The position numbers were made by a program, and so were the translations under genes. DNA of 64,000 bases from Leptospirales bacterium (lineage in GTDB: Bacteria; Spirochaetota; Leptospiria; Turneriellales; JAOUFE01), in NCBI GenBank assembly GCA_040326155.1, contig JBEQLE010000004.1:11639-75638 (forward strand). Direction: 5' to 3'. Positions 10,607-20,310 of the stretch are shown one piece after another. Each line of letters starts with the position of its first letter. Position 1 is the stretch's first letter. Under the pieces are notes generated by a model, which was given only the letters and a program-made list of their open reading frames with translations, did no database searches and was not told the DNA's origin.

Positions 10607-11119
10607 CTATTTTTTCCCTTTCTTTTCAAGTTCCGAAAAAACCCACTCCCAGTCACTCACCGGTTTCTCCTCGGAAGCAGACTTCATATAAGAAGGCAGC
10701 GACGACGCCTTTTTTGCCATACTTTTTTTATCCAGATTTAAAATATGATCGACAAGCCACACATTCAAATAGCCAAGCAAATCTTTTACAATCGTATGGT
10801 CCCCTGAGCGAAACTTCTTTTCATAATCACGCAAACCATCTACAAAGGTTCGGTGCGCCATGCGGTGTATTTCCAGATTTGGTTTATCTACCTGTTCAAT
10901 AACCATCTCTTCCGCTTTAAAATGAAATTTAGTATAACTCGCCAGCTGCCCAAAAATCAACGAAATACCGGTCAAATCAACCTTCGTATCAACCGCAGTT
11001 TGCAAACGATTAATAATTCCAATTAAAGTTTTATGTTGAACATCGACTCTATCAATACCGGTCTTCATCTCTTCAGACCATTGAATATTACCTTTACTGT
11101 CCCAGCTATCATCACTCAT
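10607..11119 (-). CDS. Bacteriohemerythrin
   Basis: W..EMKTGI..VD.QHK.L, HFKAEE, H...H, WLVDHI..LD iron-binding pattern. Confidence 0.92.
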   Translation of the reverse strand: MSDDSWDSKGNIQWSEEMKTGIDRVDVQHKTLIGIINRLQTAVDTKVDLTGISLIFGQLASYTKFHFKAEEMVIEQVDKPNLEIHRMAHRTFVDGLRDYEKKFRSGDHTIVKDLLGYLNVWLVDHILNLDKKSMAKKASSLPSYMKSASEEKPVSDWEWVFSELEKKGKK

Positions 11120-11242
11120 ACAATATTATAATTACCCCATCTACTAAGTAATGAATTTGCCTTACTTTGTCTATATGTATTTACATTCAGCAGACAAACA
11201 AAAGATTTTTCCCCGGCAAATCGTAGCAATCAAACGAAGCAA

Positions 11243-11396
11243 AAATAACGTGGTAATTTTATCTGACGCTTTCATGCTGCCAGAGCCAGCCATGGGAGCA
11301 CAAAAACCCTTTAATGTCAATACAATTGTTGCAAAATTTCATTGTGAGGCATGAGGGGCAGCGAAGGCTGGCCTGAACAGATAAAATTTGTTAGGC
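11243..11396 (-). mobile_element. attC-like recombination site closing the toxin-antitoxin cassette
   Basis: On the minus strand GCCTAAC (RYYYAAC) lies 10 nt after the toxin stop, with AATTTTATCTG...CAGATAAAATT and GCCAGCC...GGCTGGC inverted arms, ending in GTTATTT. Confidence 0.65.
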
Positions 11397-11406
11397 GAAA
11401 TAATGG

Positions 11407-11700
11407 TTATAGATATTTCTGAATATCCATAGCGCCGTGGTACACCCCCAAAACAGAGATTATACTTTGCTCCAGTATGTAAGTATACGCTATTTTATAA
11501 TGACCATATAGTATAATTCTAATCTCTTTGGAAGCCTGTGTTTTATATACAAAACCGATATTAGGTTGATTTTCTAATAATTGAACTTTAGCATATATTC
11601 CGTCGATAGTGTCGGAGGCCGCTACAGGATTATTTTCTGCAATATAATCGAAGATAGACTTTAAATTTGCACTGGCTTCATCGGCCCATTCTATTTCCAT
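11407..11700 (-). CDS. Type II toxin, RelE/ParE family
   Basis: IEWADEASANLKSIFDYIAENNPVAA...LENQPNIG...YKIAY...VLGVYHGAMD. Confidence 0.92.
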   Translation of the reverse strand: MEIEWADEASANLKSIFDYIAENNPVAASDTIDGIYAKVQLLENQPNIGFVYKTQASKEIRIILYGHYKIAYTYILEQSIISVLGVYHGAMDIQKYL

Positions 11701-11876
11701 TGCTTATCGATTCTGTTTTTCATTTCTATATTACTTATTGTATTGCCTTCTTCTACATCAAGTAAACCACGTTCTACAATATTCGAAAAGGCTAGTTCTT
11801 TAATAATTTCCTCTGGTGTGCTATCTTCAGGTTGTTCATTAATTATCTCTATGAATTTCTCTTTTACTGCTGACAT
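11691..11876 (-). CDS. Cognate antitoxin
   Basis: 61-aa acidic ORF overlapping the toxin start; EQPEDST.EEII....VERGL.DVEEG.TIS pattern typical of ParE-linked antitoxins. Confidence 0.85.
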   Translation of the reverse strand: MSAVKEKFIEIINEQPEDSTPEEIIKELAFSNIVERGLLDVEEGNTISNIEMKNRIDKQWK

Positions 11877-11882
11877 AAAGAC

Positions 11883-11911
11883 AGTTTATTAAGATATCTT
11901 GACGGGGTCAA
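11883..11911 (-). promoter_or_regulatory. Sigma70 promoter of the TA operon with overlapping palindromes (likely autorepression operator)
   Basis: TTGACC-N17-TAAACT-N6-ATG; TTGAC-CCC-GTCAA and AAGATATCTT palindromes within it. Confidence 0.6.
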
Positions 11912-12244
11912 ATTCATTTTATTTTTCTCCGGTATATCATATCCCGTTGGGAATTATCCGACTAATCGGAATCTGAAGATTAACTCGAATCGAGAAAAGG
12001 TTATCCATTTAAAACTAAATATTCGATAACTGTGAAAACTATAGTTATCCTGGTTTGTTAGGATCAGATTTATCTAAATAAATATTCATCGAATTTCACC
12101 TCTTGAATATTTAAATGTTAAAAAATTATATTTTGGCATGGATAATTCCTCTTTCAGGAGGATATTGAAATCATAGGTATCAATATGAAAAGTCAATTTA
12201 TGATTCTGCAGGCCCGACATCGATGGCAGGCGTTTATTTCGTAT

Positions 12245-12292
12245 TCATATCGCTGTCTTCACCGGCTTATCCGGTGCAATGCTTTGTTATGT
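12245..12292 (-). mobile_element. Short canonical attC site with mutated R' box
   Basis: ACATAAC-AAAGC-ATTGCACC-GGATAAGCC-GGTGAAG-ACAGC-GATATGA = R''-5-L''(extra G)-VTS-L'-5-R' (GTT changed to GAT). Confidence 0.75.
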
Positions 12293-13017
12293 TTTGGTAC
12301 ACCGAAATGTAACTCACGATGACAGTTGGGGCACAGTGCGGTAGCATTTTGAACTGTATCTTCTCCGCCATCAGCCAATCTAACCTTGTGATGCACCTCT
12401 AAATACGGGCTATTATCTTTCTTTCTCGCAAATGGGGCTGATGAATCGCATCTTTCGCATTTCCCACTTGCTCGCTCAAGAATTTCTGCAACGACGTAAG
12501 GATTACGCTCATATACATTCGCTACAATTGCCCTGACTTGTGGAGTTTTATTCGACGTTGAAAGTATTTTTTGTCGCTCTTCTTTTGGAGTTTTCAATGC
12601 TTTTTCGACAGCTTTATCAAAAGATTTATCAAAAGATTTATTCGAATCTTCAAAGCTGACAATGCCTTGTGAAATAGCTAAGTACGAAGAGTGTAAATCT
12701 CGTAAAGACTTCAACGTGACATTGTTCTTCGCTTCATAGTACTCAATATGTTTCCACAAAGCGTTAACCGAATTAAGTAAAGAACTAGAGCTATCTTCGG
12801 TCATGATGCGGGCTAAGTAATAACTCATATCCGACGCACTCAAAGCACGTTTAAATTCAAGCCCATTAATCATTTTTTCGTATACAGCAATCATGATTTT
12901 TGCAGAATTAATATTAACTCCATATTCACGATTTAGCTGTTAAGCGCCTTCAGTTGGGTTTAACTCGCCATCAAAAACCTTTTTTGCAGTAGTGTAGACT
13001 GCTTCAATGTTCGACAT
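12259..13017 (-). pseudogene. HNH endonuclease (McrA-like) gene cassette with an in-frame nonsense codon
   Basis: AGGAG RBS then ATG at 13017; MSNIEAVYTTAKKVFDGELNPTEGA*QLNREYG... continues in frame into the 211-aa ORF; TAA at 12940-12942; CERC...YLEVHH...GGEDT..N..ALCPNCHRELH. Confidence 0.85.
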
Positions 13018-13127
13018 TCAGTTTGCTCCTACAAAAAACATAACATCGTAATATATAGCTTTTCGTATATTAAGGAATAACTAATGATATACAGAATTTT
13101 TATATAATCCGATTTAAAGTATATGCT

Positions 13128-13277
13128 TTAATTTTTGCACCCATTCTTATCACAAGTAATTTTTTGTGATGATGAAACCCAATGGTCAGGGTGTTTTCTT
13201 GTGTCAACGCCACATCCAGTACGACCACCTTTAGTTCCTTTATGTATCTCACCTGTCGGTGTATGCTTTACGGCCAT
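13128..13277 (-). CDS. 49-aa Cys/His-rich small protein (below the ORF-track cutoff)
   Basis: AGGGA RBS; MAVKHTPTGEIHKGTKGGRTGCGVDTRKHPDHWVSSSQKITCDKNGCKN; upstream TTGACA promoter. Confidence 0.75.
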   Translation of the reverse strand: MAVKHTPTGEIHKGTKGGRTGCGVDTRKHPDHWVSSSQKITCDKNGCKN

Positions 13278-13558
13278 ATTTAATCCCTTTAAAATAGATA
13301 TACGGAAAGATGTATATTGATCTTAAAATGTCAATACTAATCTTTGTCTTGCGAGCACACGATGTGCGGCGTCAGAATAATATGGCCGCCATTTCCCCCT
13401 AACACTATACACCTGATCTAACCCGACCATACTTGTGCGGTAATGTTGCAGGTGCCATTGTATTACATGAAAAACGAAAACTTACATTTATTCCGGCGAA
13501 AGCCGAAAAAACTGCTATTGTATGAAAACTTCAAAGAAAAGCCATCTCCCGTAAAATA

Positions 13559-13633
13559 CGTAGGGGGTAGCAGGATAAGTTTTTGCTTTGCCAAAAACTT
13601 ATCCTGCTAGGGAAACTTCCACCACCCTTCCTT
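13559..13633 (+). repeat. Structured intergenic repeat, family 3 (GGGGGT-stem-GGG..CCCTTCC), copy 1
   Basis: Perfect 18-bp inverted repeat 13568-13585/13592-13609; ends shared with the copies at 39489 and 50825. Confidence 0.6.
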
Positions 13634-13706
13634 TTTCATTTGAGAAAAAAGACACGCGAAGCATTGAACATACTTGACAATAAGATGGATATATGTAAAC
13701 AGAGTA

Positions 13707-14072
13707 ATGGCTACCATATTGCTGGTTGATGATATATCATTTATAAAGCGAATTGAAAAAAAAGTTCTGGAAGAGAACGGGCATAGCATAGTTGGCGACG
13801 CCTCTGATGGAGAACAGGCGATAGAGCTTTTTGAAAAGACCAGACCTGATATCGTTTTAATGGATATTACTATGCCAAAAGTGGACGGAATTGTAGCGCT
13901 TGAAGCAATACTGGAAAAGCACCCGGAAGCAAAAATTATTATGTGTTCAGCTCTGTCTCACAAGCATGTTCTTTTTAAAGCTGTAAAAGCGGGAGCTAAA
14001 GATTATCTGGTGAAGCCCTACACAATGGAAAGGCTGCTGGAAACCATTTCAAGAGTATTGAAACACCCTTAA
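13707..14072 (+). CDS. cheY: Chemotaxis response regulator CheY
   Basis: Single receiver domain: ILLVDD, MDITMP, MCSA, GAKDYLVKP; ATG at 13707. Confidence 0.85.
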   Translation: MATILLVDDISFIKRIEKKVLEENGHSIVGDASDGEQAIELFEKTRPDIVLMDITMPKVDGIVALEAILEKHPEAKIIMCSALSHKHVLFKAVKAGAKDYLVKPYTMERLLETISRVLKHP

Positions 14073-14086
14073 CGCAGTAAATTAGC

Positions 14087-15622
14087 ATGCATCTCTCCAT
14101 CTATCCACAGAAAAAATATACATCTCGTCTATATTCCCGCGCTCTCTATTTTCTGACTTTATTCCTGGTTTGTTTATGGACCGGTTCCTCTTTAAGCGCC
14201 CAAAGCCCCCCGCTCGAAAAGAAGCACCCGGAAGGGTTAAAATTAAAATATAAAGCAAATTATGAGATTGTGGTTTTTCCCACCATCTACCGACTCAATC
14301 GTAAAAACATTTACCTGAAAAATATTTACGAAGGGGTCGTCGTTGACCGACTGCGACTACTGTCCAAAGGGTATGTTAAAAAACCGACTCCGGTTGAATT
14401 TTTCTACCCCGTCGAAGGTGTTGAAACCGGAGGAGAGATACTCGAAAACCCCCGGCAATATATTCTGGAAAACTTTATTTCACAAAGCGCATACTTTCCT
14501 ATGAAAATAGTTCGCGCCGACAACCTGCCTGCGGAAATCACCTCTGCTGAATATTTTTTCAGTAATTACAACGCGTTGCGTTCACTCGATTCCGAAACAT
14601 TTTACCTGTTTTTAACGCTCGAACCCGCCGAACAAACCACACTCGATGCCGGTGTGTATTTTTACCGAGGGAATAAGCTATTATATCACACTATAAAAAC
14701 CATTGTCACTGAAAACCTTCACGTTGAAATATCCCTCTTAACCTCTGGCGTTCGAAAATGGATGGCTGGGCCTCAATCTGGTAACCTTTCTGTTCAAACA
14801 ATTAAGGAGGGAGCCTCCGTTTATATCGATAAAATCTTTTCAGGCAAAACCCCGCTTTTTATGCAGCACCTGCCGGCCGGCCCACACGAAATCGATGTCT
14901 ATAAAACCGGCCATAAACCGTGGAAAGAAAAAGTAACCATCGAACCCGGCAAAACAAAATCAATAACAGGCAAACTCGTCGAAAAATGGAGCGAGGGTGT
15001 CCTGCGAATAAGCTCAAACCCACCCGAAGCTGACGTATATGTCGATCTCGAATACCGGGGGAAAACCCCAATAGATGTTTCCGGCCTTGAAACTGGGAAT
15101 CACAGAATTCAATTGGTAAAAGAAGGGTTTATCGACAATTATAAAATGGTGAAAATTTCTTACGTTCAAAAACGACGTGAAATAAAATTATTACTAAAAC
15201 CCGGCAATTCTGAAAAACATTTTGAAACGAACCCTGCCGTACTTGGCAAAATAACAAACCAGGGTTTCTTTAAAGGTTTTACAATTGGAGCGGGAGGGTT
15301 TGCCATTACCGGTTTATATTTTTTAATGCAGGCGGAAAACTTTCAAACAAACATAGCATCCATAAAAAAGAACTCTGGCTCCAATTTGAGCGCGCATGAA
15401 CAAAAAAAAATAAAAAACCTGAACACTAAAATTACCAATTATACCGGATATTACACCGGCTCGTTTATTACCTCCGGAGTATCGATCGGAATTGCAACTT
15501 ATTTCTTTATTAAATATTTATCTTCTTATAACCCAAAAATAGTATCGAACCCGAAGTTAGGTTTTTTTGCTTCGGTAGATTTAAATGGCGGTTTTTCAGG
15601 TAAGTTCGTCTATCGCTGGTAA
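14087..15622 (+). CDS. PEGA domain-containing exported/membrane protein
   Basis: Signal peptide; two PEGA repeats (GASVYID...GKTPL...G.H.I.V.K.G; SNPPEADVYVD..YRGKTP); C-terminal TM helices. Confidence 0.85.
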   Translation: MHLSIYPQKKYTSRLYSRALYFLTLFLVCLWTGSSLSAQSPPLEKKHPEGLKLKYKANYEIVVFPTIYRLNRKNIYLKNIYEGVVVDRLRLLSKGYVKKPTPVEFFYPVEGVETGGEILENPRQYILENFISQSAYFPMKIVRADNLPAEITSAEYFFSNYNALRSLDSETFYLFLTLEPAEQTTLDAGVYFYRGNKLLYHTIKTIVTENLHVEISLLTSGVRKWMAGPQSGNLSVQTIKEGASVYIDKIFSGKTPLFMQHLPAGPHEIDVYKTGHKPWKEKVTIEPGKTKSITGKLVEKWSEGVLRISSNPPEADVYVDLEYRGKTPIDVSGLETGNHRIQLVKEGFIDNYKMVKISYVQKRREIKLLLKPGNSEKHFETNPAVLGKITNQGFFKGFTIGAGGFAITGLYFLMQAENFQTNIASIKKNSGSNLSAHEQKKIKNLNTKITNYTGYYTGSFITSGVSIGIATYFFIKYLSSYNPKIVSNPKLGFFASVDLNGGFSGKFVYRW

Positions 15623-16789
15623 CCTGACCGGTTCGTGTTGTAACAGTGAGTCAAGATCGGGCGTAGCCCCTTGAAAATAAAAACAGGGAATCTCTTCGGC
15701 CTTTATATTAAACATGGCGTAAGCCCTGCTCGTTGCCGCTTTCCAGATAAACTCAGGCTTCCAGACACCCTCTTTCAATAATGCTGATATCTCGTGTAGC
15801 ATAGAAACATCGGGTGATGTCCCTTTAGAGTCTGTCCCCATTAATACCGGTAAGTTTGTTTTTTCCAAAGCACGCCAGTTTTTTCTAATATATCCTAAAA
15901 AACGACTGGAACGATGACAAATAACAATCGCCCCGCGCTCGCTTTTTTTCTCGAGAAAATCGATATCAAAGTCCGTTGCTTCATTTAAATGGACCAGAAG
16001 CGTTCCACCTTTGCCGGGCCGTTTCAATATTCCCGTTTTTTCAATATAGGGCAACAACTCACTGTTTTTGCTGATTTCATGAATAAAATTTTGACCTATA
16101 TCCGATAAAAACTGAACTGCCTCCCCTTGAGCCCGACCCAGATTATTTTCAGAAATATCTTCCAGCAAATGTACCGAAACCCAATTGCTTTCCTGCGTAT
16201 TCGCACAAAACTTCCAGATTTTCGGAGAACTGCCATACGGGGAGTGAACCGTAGGATGCAATTCTCGGTCCTGTTTCAAAGCCTCAACGGCAACCTGCAG
16301 CCGCATATCGTCATTAGGAGGGGAATACCCCAATATTTCAAGAAAACGCAGACCCGAAAATTCTCTTAAACCACCCAGATTCCGTGAAAATTCAGCATCA
16401 TTGGATACATCGCAGTAGTAAAAAGTTCCCCAGCGATTGGCAAACCGTATGGCTTGTTGAGCCTTCTCTATGGATTCTTTTATATCTGGTTTTTTTATAG
16501 CAGCCATCGCTCTAATAAATTTAAAAACCCCACCGCCGGGACCGGGTTGCGAGAGATAAGAGAGTCCCAGATGTGTATGGGCATTCACCAAACCCGGCAA
16601 TAATACCCCTTCTGGAGCAACAATGGTTTTATACCCTTTGGGAACCGTTTTAAACCCTTTTTGGACCGGAACCCCATTGTGAAAAACCACCCATGGATCG
16701 GGCTTAAATACACCGTCATCATCCAGGCCCCATTGTCCGATTATTGCGATATTTCCGCTGTTTCCGTTATTTTTCTGCGTTTTTAACAT
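15596..16789 (-). CDS. Metal-dependent amidohydrolase
   Basis: LLPGLVNAHTHL, HSPY, VHLLE, LVHL, MGTDS. Confidence 0.88.
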   Translation of the reverse strand: MLKTQKNNGNSGNIAIIGQWGLDDDGVFKPDPWVVFHNGVPVQKGFKTVPKGYKTIVAPEGVLLPGLVNAHTHLGLSYLSQPGPGGGVFKFIRAMAAIKKPDIKESIEKAQQAIRFANRWGTFYYCDVSNDAEFSRNLGGLREFSGLRFLEILGYSPPNDDMRLQVAVEALKQDRELHPTVHSPYGSSPKIWKFCANTQESNWVSVHLLEDISENNLGRAQGEAVQFLSDIGQNFIHEISKNSELLPYIEKTGILKRPGKGGTLLVHLNEATDFDIDFLEKKSERGAIVICHRSSRFLGYIRKNWRALEKTNLPVLMGTDSKGTSPDVSMLHEISALLKEGVWKPEFIWKAATSRAYAMFNIKAEEIPCFYFQGATPDLDSLLQHEPVRLPAIDELT

Positions 16790-16867
16790 GCAATTTTTAT
16801 ACCAATAGTCAAAAAATCCGAATAATATAACTTGACAACTGAAGTATTCAAACCGATAATTTTAAAT

Positions 16868-19800
16868 ATGGTCTCTGTTCAAGACAAAGAAGAAGTTAAG
16901 TTTTTCTTAGACGAATTAAATGAAAACCTGGTTTACCTGGATGAAGCAATTATCACTCTCGAAGAGAACCCCTCTGACGCTGAGACGATTGAAGAAATAT
17001 TTCGTGTAGCCCACACAATTAAAGGTAGCGCAGGGTTTTTAGACCTGAAAAACCTTGTTTCCCTTGGTCACGCCATGGAAAGCGTCTTTCAGGAATTTAA
17101 AGATGGCAAAATACAGGTTAACACCGAAGTAATCACTACTGTCCTGGAGTGTAAAGACGCCATAGGTGAAATTGGAAAGCTTCTCGGGCAAGGCGAAAAT
17201 ACCGAAACAGTAGATACCGAAGCCTTAATTCAAAAAATAAATACATTTTTACATGCTGACTCTGGCAAGAAGAGTCCAGCGGTAAAAAAAGCCGATCCGA
17301 TCTCCGACAACAGCAAAAATGGTGGGGAGTTAACTGCGAGTGACTACCTGCCCGGAACGGTATTGCTTCGAGTCTGGGTTTCGACGGAAGAGCCAGCCCC
17401 GGCTATTCGAGCTTTCCTTGTTCAAAAAAACATATCGGAAGTTGCGGAAATTATTAAACAAAAACCAACCGAAGAAGAGATGGACTCGGAAGATTTTGTT
17501 TTTCCAGAACACTGTGAACTAAAATTCTGGGTAGAAACGGACGCCTCTGACGTCACACTCAGCAATGCTGCAAAAGTAGACTTGATCGATGATGTAAAAG
17601 TTGTTTCTGAAGAAACATTGAAAAGTATTGCCGAAAAGGAAAAACCCAGCGGGTCGTCAGATCAAAAAACAGGCGCTTCGACTCGTGAAGAGATTGAACT
17701 TTCAGACACAGTCCGTATTCCGGTTCAACGCCTCGATATTATGCTCAATCTCGTGGGAGAGTTGGTAATCGCCAATAGTGGTTTCTCTCAGATTCAAGAA
17801 CATCTACGCGATTCTTCCGGTTTTGATGAACTTTACCGGAATGTACGAGATCGAACCAAAGATCTTGTCCGTATTTCAGCCGATATTCAAGATCTCGTCA
17901 TGAAATCTCGGCTCGTTCCCGTAAGCCAGGTATTTAACCGTTTTAAACGATTTATTCGCGACTACTCCTTTCGAAGCGGCAAGAAAATTCAACTTGTTAT
18001 GACTGGAGAATCAACTGAAATCGATAAAAAAATTATCGATGAAATGATTAAGCCACTTACCCACCTTGTACGTAACTCTCTTGATCACGGAATAGAATCG
18101 CCTGAAGAACGCCGTAAAAGTGGCAAGAATCCGGTCGGGCGACTGCACCTTATTGCCAGCCAGGAAGGTAACTATATAAATGTTGTAATTGAAGATGACG
18201 GTAAAGGACTCGATTATGTAAAGATTGTACAGACAGCTGTCGATCGCGAGATTATTACCTATTCTGAAGCAGAGCAAATTACAGAAGATGAAATTAAAAA
18301 ATTAATTTTTCACCCCGGCTTTTCAACAAAAGAAGAAATCGATGAGATGTCAGGACGTGGCGTTGGAATGGATGTTGTAAAAACCTCCGTCGAAGATCTG
18401 AATGGAACGATTATTCTGGATACGACTCCCGGTGCTGGAACAAGGTTAACGATTAAGTTACCTTTAACTCTGGCCATTCTAAATGCACTAATTGTCCGTG
18501 TCGCAAAAGATCGTTTTTGTATTCCTATGTCCTCCATTGTGGAAACACAAAAAGTCGCCATGAAAAACTTTCTTTCCGTAGAGAACAACGAGATGGTTCG
18601 CTTGCGCGATAGTCTTATACCAATTGTTCGACTCGAAAAAATATTTCCAGCCGAAATGCTTGATGTAGAAGGCGAAAACGGTGAAACTTCTGAAGTAGAA
18701 AACGAATCGGAATACAGCGGAGGAATCATTCAAACTCAGGATGAGCTGCCGGTTATTGTGGTAGACTATCATGGGTCCCATGTTGCCATTTTAGTGGATC
18801 AGTTTATTAATCGCCAGGAGATGGTAATTAAGTCATTATCTGAACACTACAGATCCATTGAAGGTATCTCCGGAGCTTCTATTCTGGGTGACGGTAGTAT
18901 TATTTTAATTATCGACGTACATGGTGTAATACAACTTCATCAGAAAAAAAGATCGAAAACATTTCAAGACATTGGTCCGGGTTTTGGAGCAGGCGGTGAC
19001 CTTACACCACCACAGATTATTCAGAAACCTATAAAATCCCCGATTGTCAAACCTCCGAAAAAAACGAAGGCACCTGAACCAGCAGAACCTGTAACGATGG
19101 CCAATTTGTCGTCCATGACTGCCGAACAGTTCGAAAGTCTCGAAGATGCGGAAACAAACATACCGGAAGAACCCGAATCTGAAGATGTAAACGCGCAGGA
19201 AGAACAAAGACTCGAACAGAGCGACGATACAGCAGAAACTCCGGTTGTCGATGACATCGATTCCGATCTTAAAGATCAAATGATCGAAGATGGTACGGCC
19301 GATGAATTGATTGAACAAGTCCTCGAAATGAATGTATTGCATACAAAAATTGAAGGCGAAGTCCAGGATACTTCCCCATTAACTTTACAGGACCAGAAGC
19401 TGCGAGAAGAAGAACCCGAGCCTATAGCTGAAGAGCCGACAGAAATGGAAGAACCCGAAGCAATAGCCGAAGACGACGGTGAATTAAGCGAATTTGAAAA
19501 AATGAAGCAAATGATTAATGCTTCAGACGAAGAGCCGACAGAAATGGAAGAACCCGAGCCTATAGCTGAAGACGACGGTGAATTAAGCGAATTTGAAAAA
19601 ATGAAGCAAATGATTGATGTTTCAGACGAAGTCTTTCCAGATCAAAATCTGGCTCTTTCTCATTTTGACGCTTCTACATTAGATTTTAGTCTAATAAATC
19701 GTATTCTGGACGGACATGATGAGGAAAACTTGAAAAACTGGTTAAAACAAGCAAACAAAAGAGCAATCGAAGGCATTATCAGCCTGACTGGTCGTGAAGA

Positions 19801-20272
19801 TATAAAATCAGGGAAAATCAGGGCAAAAAAGTTTTCCCAGAAAAAGGTGATGAAGCACTTTGACGATCTTAAAATGCTGCAAGAGGAAATTATTGCCTTG
19901 AAGTTACCCATTTTGCCATTATCAGGAATGATATACCTCATTTTTACTAAAAAAAATGCACTCTCTGTTTGTAATTTATTGTTTGAGACGGCGCAATTAC
20001 CAGCCCCGGATGAATTAGACTATGAACCACTCCTGGAAGTAACCAATATACTCGGTAGCGCTTATACAAACACCCTTACACAAATTACGGACATCCCTGT
20101 GGAGCCCGGATTGCCGGAAATTATCGAAAACCGGGAAGAAGTAGAAAAGTCACTGATGGACGATCTCACAAAACAGAAACATCGTATTTTATTTGTTGAA
20201 AACCAGTTTTTATGGGATAATAAGTCCGTTCTTGCTGATATATTATTAATGATTCCCCAAATAAATGATTAA
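16868..20272 (+). CDS. cheA: Chemotaxis histidine kinase CheA with acidic linker and C-terminal CheC-like domain
   Basis: FRVAHTIKGSA Hpt, LNLVGELVI dimerisation, HLVRNSLDHG/SGRGVGMDVV HATPase, CheW domain, then EVTNILGSAY CheC motif; ATG at 16868. Confidence 0.95.
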   Translation: MVSVQDKEEVKFFLDELNENLVYLDEAIITLEENPSDAETIEEIFRVAHTIKGSAGFLDLKNLVSLGHAMESVFQEFKDGKIQVNTEVITTVLECKDAIGEIGKLLGQGENTETVDTEALIQKINTFLHADSGKKSPAVKKADPISDNSKNGGELTASDYLPGTVLLRVWVSTEEPAPAIRAFLVQKNISEVAEIIKQKPTEEEMDSEDFVFPEHCELKFWVETDASDVTLSNAAKVDLIDDVKVVSEETLKSIAEKEKPSGSSDQKTGASTREEIELSDTVRIPVQRLDIMLNLVGELVIANSGFSQIQEHLRDSSGFDELYRNVRDRTKDLVRISADIQDLVMKSRLVPVSQVFNRFKRFIRDYSFRSGKKIQLVMTGESTEIDKKIIDEMIKPLTHLVRNSLDHGIESPEERRKSGKNPVGRLHLIASQEGNYINVVIEDDGKGLDYVKIVQTAVDREIITYSEAEQITEDEIKKLIFHPGFSTKEEIDEMSGRGVGMDVVKTSVEDLNGTIILDTTPGAGTRLTIKLPLTLAILNALIVRVAKDRFCIPMSSIVETQKVAMKNFLSVENNEMVRLRDSLIPIVRLEKIFPAEMLDVEGENGETSEVENESEYSGGIIQTQDELPVIVVDYHGSHVAILVDQFINRQEMVIKSLSEHYRSIEGISGASILGDGSIILIIDVHGVIQLHQKKRSKTFQDIGPGFGAGGDLTPPQIIQKPIKSPIVKPPKKTKAPEPAEPVTMANLSSMTAEQFESLEDAETNIPEEPESEDVNAQEEQRLEQSDDTAETPVVDDIDSDLKDQMIEDGTADELIEQVLEMNVLHTKIEGEVQDTSPLTLQDQKLREEEPEPIAEEPTEMEEPEAIAEDDGELSEFEKMKQMINASDEEPTEMEEPEPIAEDDGELSEFEKMKQMIDVSDEVFPDQNLALSHFDASTLDFSLINRILDGHDEENLKNWLKQANKRAIEGIISLTGREDIKSGKIRAKKFSQKKVMKHFDDLKMLQEEIIALKLPILPLSGMIYLIFTKKNALSVCNLLFETAQLPAPDELDYEPLLEVTNILGSAYTNTLTQITDIPVEPGLPEIIENREEVEKSLMDDLTKQKHRILFVENQFLWDNKSVLADILLMIPQIND
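19430..19631 (+). repeat. 99-bp in-frame tandem duplication in the CheA linker
   Basis: EEPTEMEEPE.IAEDDGELSEFEKMKQMI..SD occurs twice; copies start at 19430 and 19529. Confidence 0.95.
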
Positions 20273-20310
20273 TCGTTTTACAATTTATGTAGACATGCAT
20301 TATTTGACAT

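Noticed and set aside
11940-12160. Additional cassette with TCCTAAC as R''
   Set aside because: Only short broken ORFs (MPKYNF..., MNIYLDK...) and no matching inverted arm; probably gene debris
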